A stretch of DNA of 64,000 nt, taken from contig DAOVPY010000001.1 of assembly GCA_030628945.1 (NCBI GenBank), positions 136,124 to 200,123 of the forward strand. The letters are read 5' to 3'. Within the stretch, counting starts at the first letter, position 1, and each line of letters opens with the position of its first letter. The DNA is from Candidatus Nealsonbacteria bacterium. Lineage in GTDB: Bacteria > Patescibacteriota > Minisyncoccia > Minisyncoccales > DAOVPY01. Positions 50,893 to 60,721 of this stretch are shown piece by piece. The notes under the pieces are model-generated. The model was not told where the DNA came from and ran no database searches. It was given only the letters and a program-made list of their open reading frames with translations. The translations under genes were made by a program, and so were the position numbers.

Positions 50893-52068
50893 ATGATTAT
50901 ATCCAAAAAACAATCAGGTTTTGCTCCAATAGTAGTAATTTTAGTAATGGTGGTTTTAATTGTCGCGGGAGGAGGGGGATATTATTTTTATAAAAGTTCA
51001 CAAGAGCAGAAAGAAGCTGAAGGGGTTATACCAATCCAAACCGCAACTGCCAGTGATTGTGAAAAAGTAACTGATAGTTGGACGAAGGGCCATTGTTACC
51101 ATTACGTTGCATTAGAAACTAAAGATGGTAGTCTGTGTGAAAAGAGTTATTGGGCGGAGAAGTGTTACCTTTCGGTTGCAGTGGAAACTAAAGATATTAG
51201 CCTATGTGAAAAAATAATTAGCGGTGTTGACAAGAACAACTGTTACTATGGGATTGCATTAGAAACCAAAGATGCTAGCTTGTGTGAAAAAGTAACTACC
51301 ACGGTCATACCTTTTGGCAGTATAAGTGACAATCCTAGAAAGGACCAGTGTTATCGGGAAGTTGCATTAATAACTAAAAATAGTAGCTTGTGTGAAAAAA
51401 TAACTAACCGGACTGTTGCAAAGGACGAGTGTTATATTGATATTGCACAACAAACCGGAGATATTAGCCTATGTGAAAAAATAACTTATAGCTTGAGAAA
51501 GGGCCGGTGTTACATTGGGTTTGTAATAAAAACTAAAGACAGCAGTCTTTGTGAAAAAATAACTGACAATGTACAAGAACATATATGTTATGCCATCGTT
51601 GCAAACGACGCTAATATATGTGAAAAAAGTAATTCAAAGCTCAAGTGTTACAAAGACCTTGCCCTGGAAACTAAAGATGCCAGCCCCTGTGAAAAAATAA
51701 CTGACAGTTTCGGAAGGGATCAGTGTTATAAATTCGTTGCCCGAGAGGCTAGAGATGGTAGCCTATGCGGAAAAATAAATATCCGAAAATGGAGGGACGA
51801 GTGTTACGGCAACATTGGGCAAGAAACTAAAGATAGCAACCTGTGTGAAAAAATGAGCGCCGGTACTGGAAGGGATTGGTGTTATGGTGATGTTGCAGTA
51901 AAAACTCAAGACGCTAACCTTTGTGAAAAAATACTTAGTGCTAATAGTAAGGATTCATGTTATGTTGACGTTGCGCTAAGAACTAAAGACGCTAACCTTT
52001 GTGAAAAAATAATTGATAATTATAATAAGGAAAGATGTCACCGTGGACTCTTTCTAGAAATAAAATGA
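50893..52068 (+). CDS. Membrane-anchored protein made almost entirely of 13 two-Cys repeats
   Basis: The N-terminal anchor is QSGFAPIVVILVMVVLIVAGGGGYYFY. Thirteen C(E/G)K...CY units follow, giving 26 Cys. Confidence 0.65.
   Translation: MIISKKQSGFAPIVVILVMVVLIVAGGGGYYFYKSSQEQKEAEGVIPIQTATASDCEKVTDSWTKGHCYHYVALETKDGSLCEKSYWAEKCYLSVAVETKDISLCEKIISGVDKNNCYYGIALETKDASLCEKVTTTVIPFGSISDNPRKDQCYREVALITKNSSLCEKITNRTVAKDECYIDIAQQTGDISLCEKITYSLRKGRCYIGFVIKTKDSSLCEKITDNVQEHICYAIVANDANICEKSNSKLKCYKDLALETKDASPCEKITDSFGRDQCYKFVAREARDGSLCGKINIRKWRDECYGNIGQETKDSNLCEKMSAGTGRDWCYGDVAVKTQDANLCEKILSANSKDSCYVDVALRTKDANLCEKIIDNYNKERCHRGLFLEIK
51052..52060 (+). repeat. Two-Cys repeat array (coding), 13 units
   Basis: Counted by hand in the translation. 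Confidence 0.7.
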
Positions 52069-54113
52069 GTCAATCCCAAAAATCCCATGCCAAAATCAAA
52101 GATTTGCCGCAGGGCAGGCAATCAGGTTTTGTTCCTTTAATAGCCATTTTGATAGTTGCGGTTTTAATCGCTGCCGGAGGAACGGGTTATTATTTTTATT
52201 TGTCCCGCGACGAAGTTTTACAGGACAAAACCTCCCAGAAATTAGAAGAAATTGGTGAAGAGGCAGCTGATGAAACCGCGGATTGGAAAGTTTATGAGAA
52301 TGAAAAATATGGATATTTCTTTAAATATCCTTTGGAATGCAGATATGGTTCGTGGACATCCGAGATACCTTCCATAGAACACTTTTGTTTTTTAAGCATT
52401 AAAAATCCAGACGATGTACTTCTTAATATCCGGTATGTTGGCGAAGAAAATAAGCTGGTATCAGCGGCCTTTTCAGTTTGTCATTGTACCGTTTCTTGGG
52501 ATAAAGAGCCAGATTCTCCATGTTCTCCGGCCGACTTTTTGATTCATAATCCTCCTCCCGGTACAGAGCTTGTTAATTGGCTCAAGGAGAATTATAAGGG
52601 GTTAAATGGAGATATTCCGGACAAGCCAAATTTTGAAATTGATGGGATTCAGGCAGTAAAAGTTCTTAATGAGTTCCCGCTTGATTCCCCGAACGAGAGA
52701 ATCTTCTTTATTAAGAACGATAGACTTTTTGATATTACGTTATGGTATGTGGACAAAGAAAGCAATAAAGAATTGTATAATCAAATCCTTTTCACTTTTA
52801 AATTTGTAGAATTAGAAGAGGTTGATGAAGAAGCGCCAAAAGTTAAAGAGAAGCCGTATATTAAAGTAATTTCCCCTAATGGAGGGGAGAAATGGAAAGC
52901 AGGAGAGACCTATGATATTATATGGACAGCTAGTGGAGTTGATAAGGTTGTTATTGATGCAATGGGTTATGGACCAGGTAATGGTGGTGTGGAACTAGGA
53001 AAAATTGATGCTATCCTCGGAAAATTTTTTTGGAAAATTGATCCTAATGTTTCCTATGTGCCAGGAAATAATTTGAAGATAAGAATTACAGAGGCCAGTG
53101 ACTCAGCCTTCTATGATGAAAGCGATAATTATTTTAGTATTATTGAAAGAGAAACCAGTCCTTCTATAAATGAAATAGATATATTTCTGTTTAAAAATTT
53201 CAAAACTTGTATTGTTGGCGATAAATGTACTACTGGCAGCGATAAATGTATTTCTGTAACCAGAAAGGACGATATAGGTTATTTAGAATTTGAAGATAAT
53301 AATAATTTTAAGGCGCTTAAACCAAGCGATTCAACCATTAAGAATTATCAACAGAAAATTTGTTTAAATCCTGTTTTAGATAATACTGAAATAGAATATC
53401 TTAAAAATGAAGTAAATCAGTTTATTTCAGAAGTTAATCAGTGGACTAATGAAAGTATATCTCTTTTTCCGAAATTTATAGAAATTTCAGGCGAAATAAC
53501 AATGAGCAAATGGGGGCAGGGTCTGTATGTCGCTCCTTGGAATGCGGAGCCGTTGATAAAATCATTTATAACAAAAGACACGGATTTTGTTACGGTTTCC
53601 AATGATATGTATGATGACGTCCTTAATATAGTAATTCCGGTCCCTGCCTGCGGCGGTACCCTGGGCAGCGATGTTGGAGTTGGCGGAGCAGGTTATAATT
53701 GGGTTCCGAAAACTCATCCCGGTGTTTGGTTTGAGTGCGCTAACAAAGGTAATTATATGCACGAATGGTTAAATTTAATGGATTGGGTTTTGTTTAATGT
53801 ATCTGGCATAAGTGATATATATAAAGATGGTTATCCTTCCTGCGGGCAAGGAAACCAAGATACTTATTTATGGTTTCCCAGCGCTTCCTATAATTCTACA
53901 AAAGATCCAGATTTTGAAGCTTGTGGACAGAATTGGGGTAATTATTGTGAATCAGTTAAACCTGAGGATTGCAATTTAATATGGCATAAACATATTTTAA
54001 CAGAACACTATAATACGGGTACAAATTTGATTGGTAATTATTGTAGAAACGGAAAACAGGATTTTGATGAAACAGGGATTGATTGTGGAGGGAAATGCGT
54101 TCCTTGTATGTAG
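52065..54113 (+). CDS. Membrane-anchored surface protein with Ig-like module and Cys-rich C-terminal tail
   Basis: The start ATG overlaps the upstream TGA (ATGA). The anchor is QSGFVPLIAILIVAVLIAAGGTGYYFY. An Ig-like segment reads VISPNGGEKWKAGETYDIIWTA. The C terminus is NGKQDFDETGIDCGGKCVPCM. Confidence 0.6.
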   Translation: MSQSQKSHAKIKDLPQGRQSGFVPLIAILIVAVLIAAGGTGYYFYLSRDEVLQDKTSQKLEEIGEEAADETADWKVYENEKYGYFFKYPLECRYGSWTSEIPSIEHFCFLSIKNPDDVLLNIRYVGEENKLVSAAFSVCHCTVSWDKEPDSPCSPADFLIHNPPPGTELVNWLKENYKGLNGDIPDKPNFEIDGIQAVKVLNEFPLDSPNERIFFIKNDRLFDITLWYVDKESNKELYNQILFTFKFVELEEVDEEAPKVKEKPYIKVISPNGGEKWKAGETYDIIWTASGVDKVVIDAMGYGPGNGGVELGKIDAILGKFFWKIDPNVSYVPGNNLKIRITEASDSAFYDESDNYFSIIERETSPSINEIDIFLFKNFKTCIVGDKCTTGSDKCISVTRKDDIGYLEFEDNNNFKALKPSDSTIKNYQQKICLNPVLDNTEIEYLKNEVNQFISEVNQWTNESISLFPKFIEISGEITMSKWGQGLYVAPWNAEPLIKSFITKDTDFVTVSNDMYDDVLNIVIPVPACGGTLGSDVGVGGAGYNWVPKTHPGVWFECANKGNYMHEWLNLMDWVLFNVSGISDIYKDGYPSCGQGNQDTYLWFPSASYNSTKDPDFEACGQNWGNYCESVKPEDCNLIWHKHILTEHYNTGTNLIGNYCRNGKQDFDETGIDCGGKCVPCM

Positions 54114-54186
54114 TACAGGGACGGGCGAATTTTAATAAGAGAAATTTGATCGTAAAAAATAATCATTAAAAAAGTAAAAAAAGTTT

Positions 54187-57100
54187 ATGTTTGATTATTT
54201 CAAAAAATTATCCAAAGAAAAACGTTTTATTTTGATTCTCGTTATAATAGCAATTGTCGGCACCGGTTTTTATTTTTGGCAGAAAGGAGTTCCGACAGAT
54301 GTTAAGCCGGCATATAGCCAGACCTATAGATTAGTGAACGAGAAAATATCCCAATCAGCGGGCATTACGGTTTATTTGCCCGGGGCGATAGACAAATTAA
54401 TTGCCCAAGAAAATACTAAATTTTATCCTGAGATAGAAGGGCAGTGGATAGATTCAGGCAAAGAAAAAATAATTGTTTTTAAACCCGCGGAAAAGTTAAA
54501 ATTAGACAGATATTATTCCGCTCGGTTGGCTATCGCCCAATCAGAAGAAACCATTATCAAAGCGGATTTTTTGGCGGTTGAAGACCCAAAAATAATCGCT
54601 GTTTTTCCCAAAGAGAATTCAGAGGCGCCGGAAAACTCGGAAATTACCATTGTTTTTAACCGGCCCATGGTGCCGCTGACTACACTCGGCTATTTGGAAG
54701 AGCAAGAAGTTCCGGTGAAGATTACTCCCGCTACCAAGGGAAGATTTAAATGGATTACGACCAGAAATTTACAGTTCATTCCGGAAGAACGGTTGGCAAG
54801 GTCCTCTCATTATAAAGTTAAAATAAAATCAGGACTGGTTTCAATGGATGGTTTAGATGTAAAAGCGCAGGAAAAGGAATTTATTACCCGGAAGGCAAGA
54901 TACCTTAATTTAACCCAGGGCGAAATTATTTATAACCAGCCCGTTTCTATCTATTTTAACCAGCCAATGAATTTAGAAAAAACAAAAAGAGAAATATCTT
55001 TAAAAAATAATACCAATGGAAAAGAAATATCTTTTATCGCTAAATACGCGTCTGGCCCGGGTTTGCCAGAAACACAATTAGAAATCCTTGACCGCGGAGA
55101 CGACCGCGGAGAATACGATAAAGAAAAGGACTTGGTTTTCGGAAACATAAACATTGATAAATTATTCGCCGGATTAACCAACGCCTTTGGAATTAATTTG
55201 TGGCCTTTTAAAAATAAAGAAAAAAAGGAAGAGAAAATAAATCAGTCAATTCTCCAAATTTATCCCAAAGAAGACAGATTTGGCAGAGAAAAGTTTTGGG
55301 ACAGCAATAATGACTATTCTTTAACCATTAGCAAGGCGTATCCAGCGGAAGGCGATATTATTTTAGACGAAAGCCGGATTGCCAATATCCGCGCGTCCGG
55401 CATTATTAAATCCCTTATTGCTGAATCAGAAAGAACTAAATACGCGGAACCCGGGTTTTTTGACCCCCAGGGAAAACTCTGGATTAGTTTTTATGAAGAA
55501 ATTAACTTAGATAAAAGTAAAATAACAGCCTTGAAATTAAAAAACATTGGTTATGGGGAAAAATGCAAAGACGAGGAGCAAAGAGTTTCCAGGGACGTGG
55601 AATGCGAGAAAATAGCAGATAAAAAAAGAATTTATATTACTTTTAAAGAAGCGGAAATCGGCTTGCGGGAAACATTAGAGATTAACTTTGAAAAAATTGT
55701 TAATATTGACGGCTTGGCTCTTAATCAAGAGCCGATTTTTAGAGATATTGTTTCTTATCCCGAGTTTAAAATTCTAAGCGTCTTTCCCGGCAATAATTCA
55801 GCAGGCGCCTCGCTTACTCAATTTGTTTTTTGCAGCAATTCTTTGATTTCCGCGCCCGCAAAAGAAGATTTTGGAAAACACTTTGAGGCGAATCTGGACT
55901 ATGAATTATACTCCTGGGGAAATTCCTATAAAGTTAATCATTGGTATTCGGGCGAGAAATGCCGGGTGGGCGAGTTTCACACCAATATCAGGTACGGATT
56001 AATGCCTTTGGCTGATTACGAATTAAAATTTAAATTAGAAGATGTTTTTTCGCAGAAACTTGATTATTCTTCAGGTTTTACTACCGGCTCAATGCCAAGC
56101 AAGCATTTGAATTTTTTTCATTTTCAGGGACCATATAATGTTAGCTCGCCGCAAAAAACCAAATTGACTTACGCAGTCCAGAATATGGAGTATGTTAATA
56201 TGGAAATTTGCAAGCTGAAACCTTTGGATTTCCTTTATGAGATTGAGCAGCGGCCCGGCTCTCATCAATTTTCAGGCAGTATCAGCAATTGTCAAAAAAT
56301 AATCCGGGACAGGATTGAATTGCCAGAAAGATTTTGGCTCAAAAATTATTTTCAAGTGAATATTGAAGATTATTTTCAAGAGCCGATAGGCCATTATATT
56401 TTAACTTTTTCCCATCCAAATTATACAACTTATTTTTGGGAAAAAGGAGTAAAGACATACAGGCAGGCTTATGAGAGAAGCTATCTTACCATTACTAATT
56501 TAGCCGCGGTTGAAAAAAAGATTCAATCTCAATATGCCGGCTATGGCGCGAATGAACCGTTAACAACCGAACAATTGAATAGATTGGACAATCTTTATTG
56601 GATAACTGATATTGCCACATTAGAACCGGTTGAAGGCGCTAAAATAGATCTTTATCAAAAAATCTTGACTCAAAACTTTCGCTTAATTTTTGTTGGTTCT
56701 TTTACCACCAACAAACAGGGACTGGCTTTTACCGATGTAATTCATAATTTAAGAGGAGCAATTATTACCAAGGGCAAAGACAGCGCCATTATTCCGGGCA
56801 GCGAGAGCAAGCTGCAATGGGCAAGTTCGGCTTTTTCAGCCAGAAAAATTTATCTTTACATTGACAAGCCCATTTACCGGCCAAGCCACGAGGTTTTTAT
56901 CAAGGGCATTTATCGTCTCGGTTATGACGGCAATTATGAAATCTTTCAGAATAAAAAAATCAATCTAAAGGTTTTTAATTCCAAAAATGATGAAATTTTA
57001 AGCAAAGATATATCTATTAATGATTTCGGCACCTTTAACGCAAAACTTATTTTAGACAAGGGAGCTCCTCTGGGAATGTACCGAATTTGCGCTGAAAAAC

Positions 57101-60100
57101 ACAGCTGTATCTATTTTGACGTCCAGGAATACGCGCCTGCTCCTTTTGAAGTGAATGTTAAAAGCGACAAAGAAGAATATATTTCCAAAGACATTGCGGA
57201 TTTAGAGGTAGAAGCAAATTATTATTTCGGAGTGGCTCTGGAAAGAGGCGAGGTAAATTACACTATTAGTTCCCAAAATTATTATTTTGACAGATATTCA
57301 GACGGCTATTTCAATTTTGGGCAAAGATGGCATTATTGGTCGCCCTATGATTACGGAGACAAGTTTATTTTAAGAGGCAAAACCTATCTTGACGCCGAGG
57401 GCAAAGCAAAGATTTCTCAATTATTGGATTTCCCCGCTTTATTTAAAAATAAAGAAGACAGGAAAAGCAAACTCATTGTGGTGGATGTGACAGTGAAAAA
57501 TCCCCAGGGCAGGAGTGTTTCATCCCAAAAATCTTTTATTGTCCATAACGGCGAATTTTATTTGGGGCTGGCGCCGGATAAATCATTTTTAGGCAAGAAT
57601 GAGGCAGTGAAGATAAAAGTAAAATCAGTTGATATTACGGGCAAGGAAACCAAAGTAAAAAATATTACTTTAAGTTTGTACAAAATAGATTGGATTCACA
57701 GCAAGCGGCTTGGCGCGGACGGTGGCTATCATTACAAATGGGAAAAGCAAAGAGAATTAGTCAAAGAATATAAATTTAACACGGATAGAAAAGGAAATTA
57801 TGTCCAGGAATTAAAAATAGCAAAAGAGGGGAGTTACGAACTTGAAGCCAGCGCCTCTGATAAAAGAAATAATTTAGTTTGGACCACTTATAATCTCTAT
57901 GTTTACGGCGAGAGAGAAGTGAGCATCAAGCCGACCAAAGACACCAAATTAGAACTAGAAGCGGAAAAAATCAATCTGAACGTTGGCGATGAGGGAAGTA
58001 TTATAATTAAGTCGCCTTTTGCGAGAGCTAAAGCCCTTATTTGTATTGAGCGGGGCAGGATTTTTGATTTTCAAATCAAAGAGATTAAGGGCAATCTTTA
58101 TAATTATAAATTTATAGTTAAGGAAGAATATCTGCCCAATGTTTATGTGTCGGTTTTACTGCTTTCCGACGAGCCGGAAGTAAAGTTTGGAAAGGTTGAA
58201 TTCAAAATCAATACCGAGAGAAAAGAGCTTAATATAGAAGTTGAGACGAATAAAACCCATTATTTGCCGGGCGAGGAAGTAATTTTAGATATTTCCAGCA
58301 AAGATTATCAGGGGAAACCGGTTTCAGCCGAGGTTTCAGTGGCAGTGGTTGATTTGAGCGTTTTAGCCCTAAAAGGCAATCCGAAAAAGAATCCCTTGAT
58401 ATTTTTCTACAGCGGTTTTCCTTTAACTGTTTCCACTGCCAGCAATATAAAAGATATTCTTGTTGAGGTTGAAATTCCCACAAAGGGCGGCGGCGGCGGC
58501 GCTGAAGAAGCGCTGGCAAGAAAAAAGCGCGGCGTTTTCAAGGAGACCGCTTTTTGGCAGGCCGTGATAAGGACCGGCGCAAATGGAAAAGCACAGATTA
58601 AATTTACTTTGCCTGACAATTTGACTACCTGGCAAGCAGAAACAATCGGTTTGACCAAAGACACTAAATTAGGGGTTGCTTATCAGGAGTTTATTACCAG
58701 AAAGGAATTAATGGTTATTCCCTTAAAGCCCCGTTTTGTTGTGCCCGGGGATGTATTTTACATTGGAGCCAAGCTCTTTAATCAGAGCGGGGAAAAACAA
58801 AAATTAACAATAAGTTTTGATAGTTCAACACTAATTTTGAAAGAGAGCAAAAGAGAAAAGAAAATCACAATTAAGCCGGATAAAACCGGTGTAATTTATT
58901 TCCAAGTTCAAGCTCCTGCCCAGTTTGAAACAGGGGAGCATAAATTTACGCTTTCGGCAAAAAGCAAAAAATTAGAAGATACTGTTGAACAATCAATTAA
59001 TATTACCAGAAACAATACCTATGAAGTTGCGGCAACGGCTAATTATACCGCGGAGCCCCTCAGCAAAGAGTATGTTTTTCTGCCTGATAATATAAATAAA
59101 GACAAGGGCTGTCTTTCCATTAAGAGCAGCGCCACTTTGTGCGTTTTCCTTTCCGACGCCTTGAATTATTTATTAGGATTTCCTTACGGGTGTTCAGAGC
59201 AGATTGCCAGCCGTTTAAATGCGATTGCCATTGTAAAAACAGGACTTAATTTGCCGAACATCAGCGATAAATTTCAATTAGAAAAAATTAAATATCAAAA
59301 TAAAGAATATACCATAAGCGAAGTAGCGGAAATCGGTCTTGTAGAACTTTATAATAACCAGAAATATGACGGCGGATTTGCTTATTGGAGAGGAGGCGGA
59401 GAAAAATCCGATTTTTATCTGACCCTGCATATAACAGACACCCTTTATAATCTTTCCTTGGCCGGATTTGATATTAATCAGAATGCTCTGGACAGAGCCG
59501 TTAATTATCTGGAAACAGAAATTAAAAAGGGCAAATCACAATATGAGACAGAAGATATGTATAGAAACAGGCTCATTCTAACAGCTTATACTTTATTTCG
59601 CATTCCTGATTTTCAGAATAACTATTTCCTTAGACAAAAATTAATTCAAATAGCCCGGGACGATTTATTCCTGCAGGAAAAAATAAGCAACAGTTCCCTT
59701 GCCTATTTGGCTATTTCATTAAGCCACGGATTTGATCCAAGTTTGAAAAATAAAATTTTTGATATTCTGGATAATCAAATAGATATTGATTCCCGCGGCG
59801 CTTTTTTGGAAACCAATAAAAACATAATCTGGAGATATTACGAAACCCCGATTAAAAACACGGCCCTCTACTTAAAGGCCTTGGTTGCTGGCAAAAATGA
59901 AAGCCAGATTTTAGACAAGGTTTTAAGATGGCTTTTGAATTCCCGGGCAAAAGACGGGGCCTGGGGTTCAACTCATAATACCATTACAGTGATTGACGCT
60001 TTTACTGATTTTCTTAAATGGAAAAGAGAGACAGAATCAAATTTCCTTTTGGAATTCTTTATTAATGAGGAAATAGAAGGCAGTTTTGATTTTAATCCAG

Positions 60101-60711
60101 AGACGATTTTAGACCAGTTCAGAAAAGAAATTCCTTTGTCTAATTTAGAGTTTAATAAAAATAATACTCTTGAATTCTTAAAAACCAATCGCAATGATTT
60201 GCCTAACAACCTTTATTACGACCTTTCCTTGAAATATTATTTACCAGCAGAACAGATTCCTCCACGCGATGAGGGATTTAGCATTATCAGGGAATTTTAC
60301 GCCTTGGACGATAAGGAAAATAAAAATCCCCTTAAGCAGGCTCAGGTAGGGGATATTTTGCGCGGCCATTTGCAAATAACCGTACCAACAACGCGAAATT
60401 TCGCGATGATTGAGGATTATATTCCAGGGGGAATGGAAATAGTTAATTTGGATTTAGCCACCGAAGAAAAATCCTTGCGCCTGCGGGAAACAGAGTTAAA
60501 AGGCAGAGAACTGCGTCCTGATTTCAAGGAAATACGCGACGACAGGGTCTTTCTGTTCAAGGAAAATTTCAGCCCCGGAGTCTATGAATTTGATTATTAT
60601 GCAAGGGCGCTAATAAAAGGCACGTTTATTCATTTGCCGGCTGTGGTTTCAGAAATGTATTTCCCGGAAAATTTCGGCAGAACAAACGGAGGATATTTTG
60701 AGATTAAATAA
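54187..60711 (+). CDS. Bacterial alpha-2-macroglobulin family protein with intact thioester motif
   Basis: 2174 aa with an N-terminal signal-anchor helix and no lipobox Cys. It has a long run of MG/Ig-like beta domains. GFPYGCSEQIASRL carries the CxEQ thioester site (CSEQ at nt 59191-59202). Confidence 0.85.
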   Translation: MFDYFKKLSKEKRFILILVIIAIVGTGFYFWQKGVPTDVKPAYSQTYRLVNEKISQSAGITVYLPGAIDKLIAQENTKFYPEIEGQWIDSGKEKIIVFKPAEKLKLDRYYSARLAIAQSEETIIKADFLAVEDPKIIAVFPKENSEAPENSEITIVFNRPMVPLTTLGYLEEQEVPVKITPATKGRFKWITTRNLQFIPEERLARSSHYKVKIKSGLVSMDGLDVKAQEKEFITRKARYLNLTQGEIIYNQPVSIYFNQPMNLEKTKREISLKNNTNGKEISFIAKYASGPGLPETQLEILDRGDDRGEYDKEKDLVFGNINIDKLFAGLTNAFGINLWPFKNKEKKEEKINQSILQIYPKEDRFGREKFWDSNNDYSLTISKAYPAEGDIILDESRIANIRASGIIKSLIAESERTKYAEPGFFDPQGKLWISFYEEINLDKSKITALKLKNIGYGEKCKDEEQRVSRDVECEKIADKKRIYITFKEAEIGLRETLEINFEKIVNIDGLALNQEPIFRDIVSYPEFKILSVFPGNNSAGASLTQFVFCSNSLISAPAKEDFGKHFEANLDYELYSWGNSYKVNHWYSGEKCRVGEFHTNIRYGLMPLADYELKFKLEDVFSQKLDYSSGFTTGSMPSKHLNFFHFQGPYNVSSPQKTKLTYAVQNMEYVNMEICKLKPLDFLYEIEQRPGSHQFSGSISNCQKIIRDRIELPERFWLKNYFQVNIEDYFQEPIGHYILTFSHPNYTTYFWEKGVKTYRQAYERSYLTITNLAAVEKKIQSQYAGYGANEPLTTEQLNRLDNLYWITDIATLEPVEGAKIDLYQKILTQNFRLIFVGSFTTNKQGLAFTDVIHNLRGAIITKGKDSAIIPGSESKLQWASSAFSARKIYLYIDKPIYRPSHEVFIKGIYRLGYDGNYEIFQNKKINLKVFNSKNDEILSKDISINDFGTFNAKLILDKGAPLGMYRICAEKHSCIYFDVQEYAPAPFEVNVKSDKEEYISKDIADLEVEANYYFGVALERGEVNYTISSQNYYFDRYSDGYFNFGQRWHYWSPYDYGDKFILRGKTYLDAEGKAKISQLLDFPALFKNKEDRKSKLIVVDVTVKNPQGRSVSSQKSFIVHNGEFYLGLAPDKSFLGKNEAVKIKVKSVDITGKETKVKNITLSLYKIDWIHSKRLGADGGYHYKWEKQRELVKEYKFNTDRKGNYVQELKIAKEGSYELEASASDKRNNLVWTTYNLYVYGEREVSIKPTKDTKLELEAEKINLNVGDEGSIIIKSPFARAKALICIERGRIFDFQIKEIKGNLYNYKFIVKEEYLPNVYVSVLLLSDEPEVKFGKVEFKINTERKELNIEVETNKTHYLPGEEVILDISSKDYQGKPVSAEVSVAVVDLSVLALKGNPKKNPLIFFYSGFPLTVSTASNIKDILVEVEIPTKGGGGGAEEALARKKRGVFKETAFWQAVIRTGANGKAQIKFTLPDNLTTWQAETIGLTKDTKLGVAYQEFITRKELMVIPLKPRFVVPGDVFYIGAKLFNQSGEKQKLTISFDSSTLILKESKREKKITIKPDKTGVIYFQVQAPAQFETGEHKFTLSAKSKKLEDTVEQSINITRNNTYEVAATANYTAEPLSKEYVFLPDNINKDKGCLSIKSSATLCVFLSDALNYLLGFPYGCSEQIASRLNAIAIVKTGLNLPNISDKFQLEKIKYQNKEYTISEVAEIGLVELYNNQKYDGGFAYWRGGGEKSDFYLTLHITDTLYNLSLAGFDINQNALDRAVNYLETEIKKGKSQYETEDMYRNRLILTAYTLFRIPDFQNNYFLRQKLIQIARDDLFLQEKISNSSLAYLAISLSHGFDPSLKNKIFDILDNQIDIDSRGAFLETNKNIIWRYYETPIKNTALYLKALVAGKNESQILDKVLRWLLNSRAKDGAWGSTHNTITVIDAFTDFLKWKRETESNFLLEFFINEEIEGSFDFNPETILDQFRKEIPLSNLEFNKNNTLEFLKTNRNDLPNNLYYDLSLKYYLPAEQIPPRDEGFSIIREFYALDDKENKNPLKQAQVGDILRGHLQITVPTTRNFAMIEDYIPGGMEIVNLDLATEEKSLRLRETELKGRELRPDFKEIRDDRVFLFKENFSPGVYEFDYYARALIKGTFIHLPAVVSEMYFPENFGRTNGGYFEIK

Positions 60712-60721
60712 AATAAAATTT

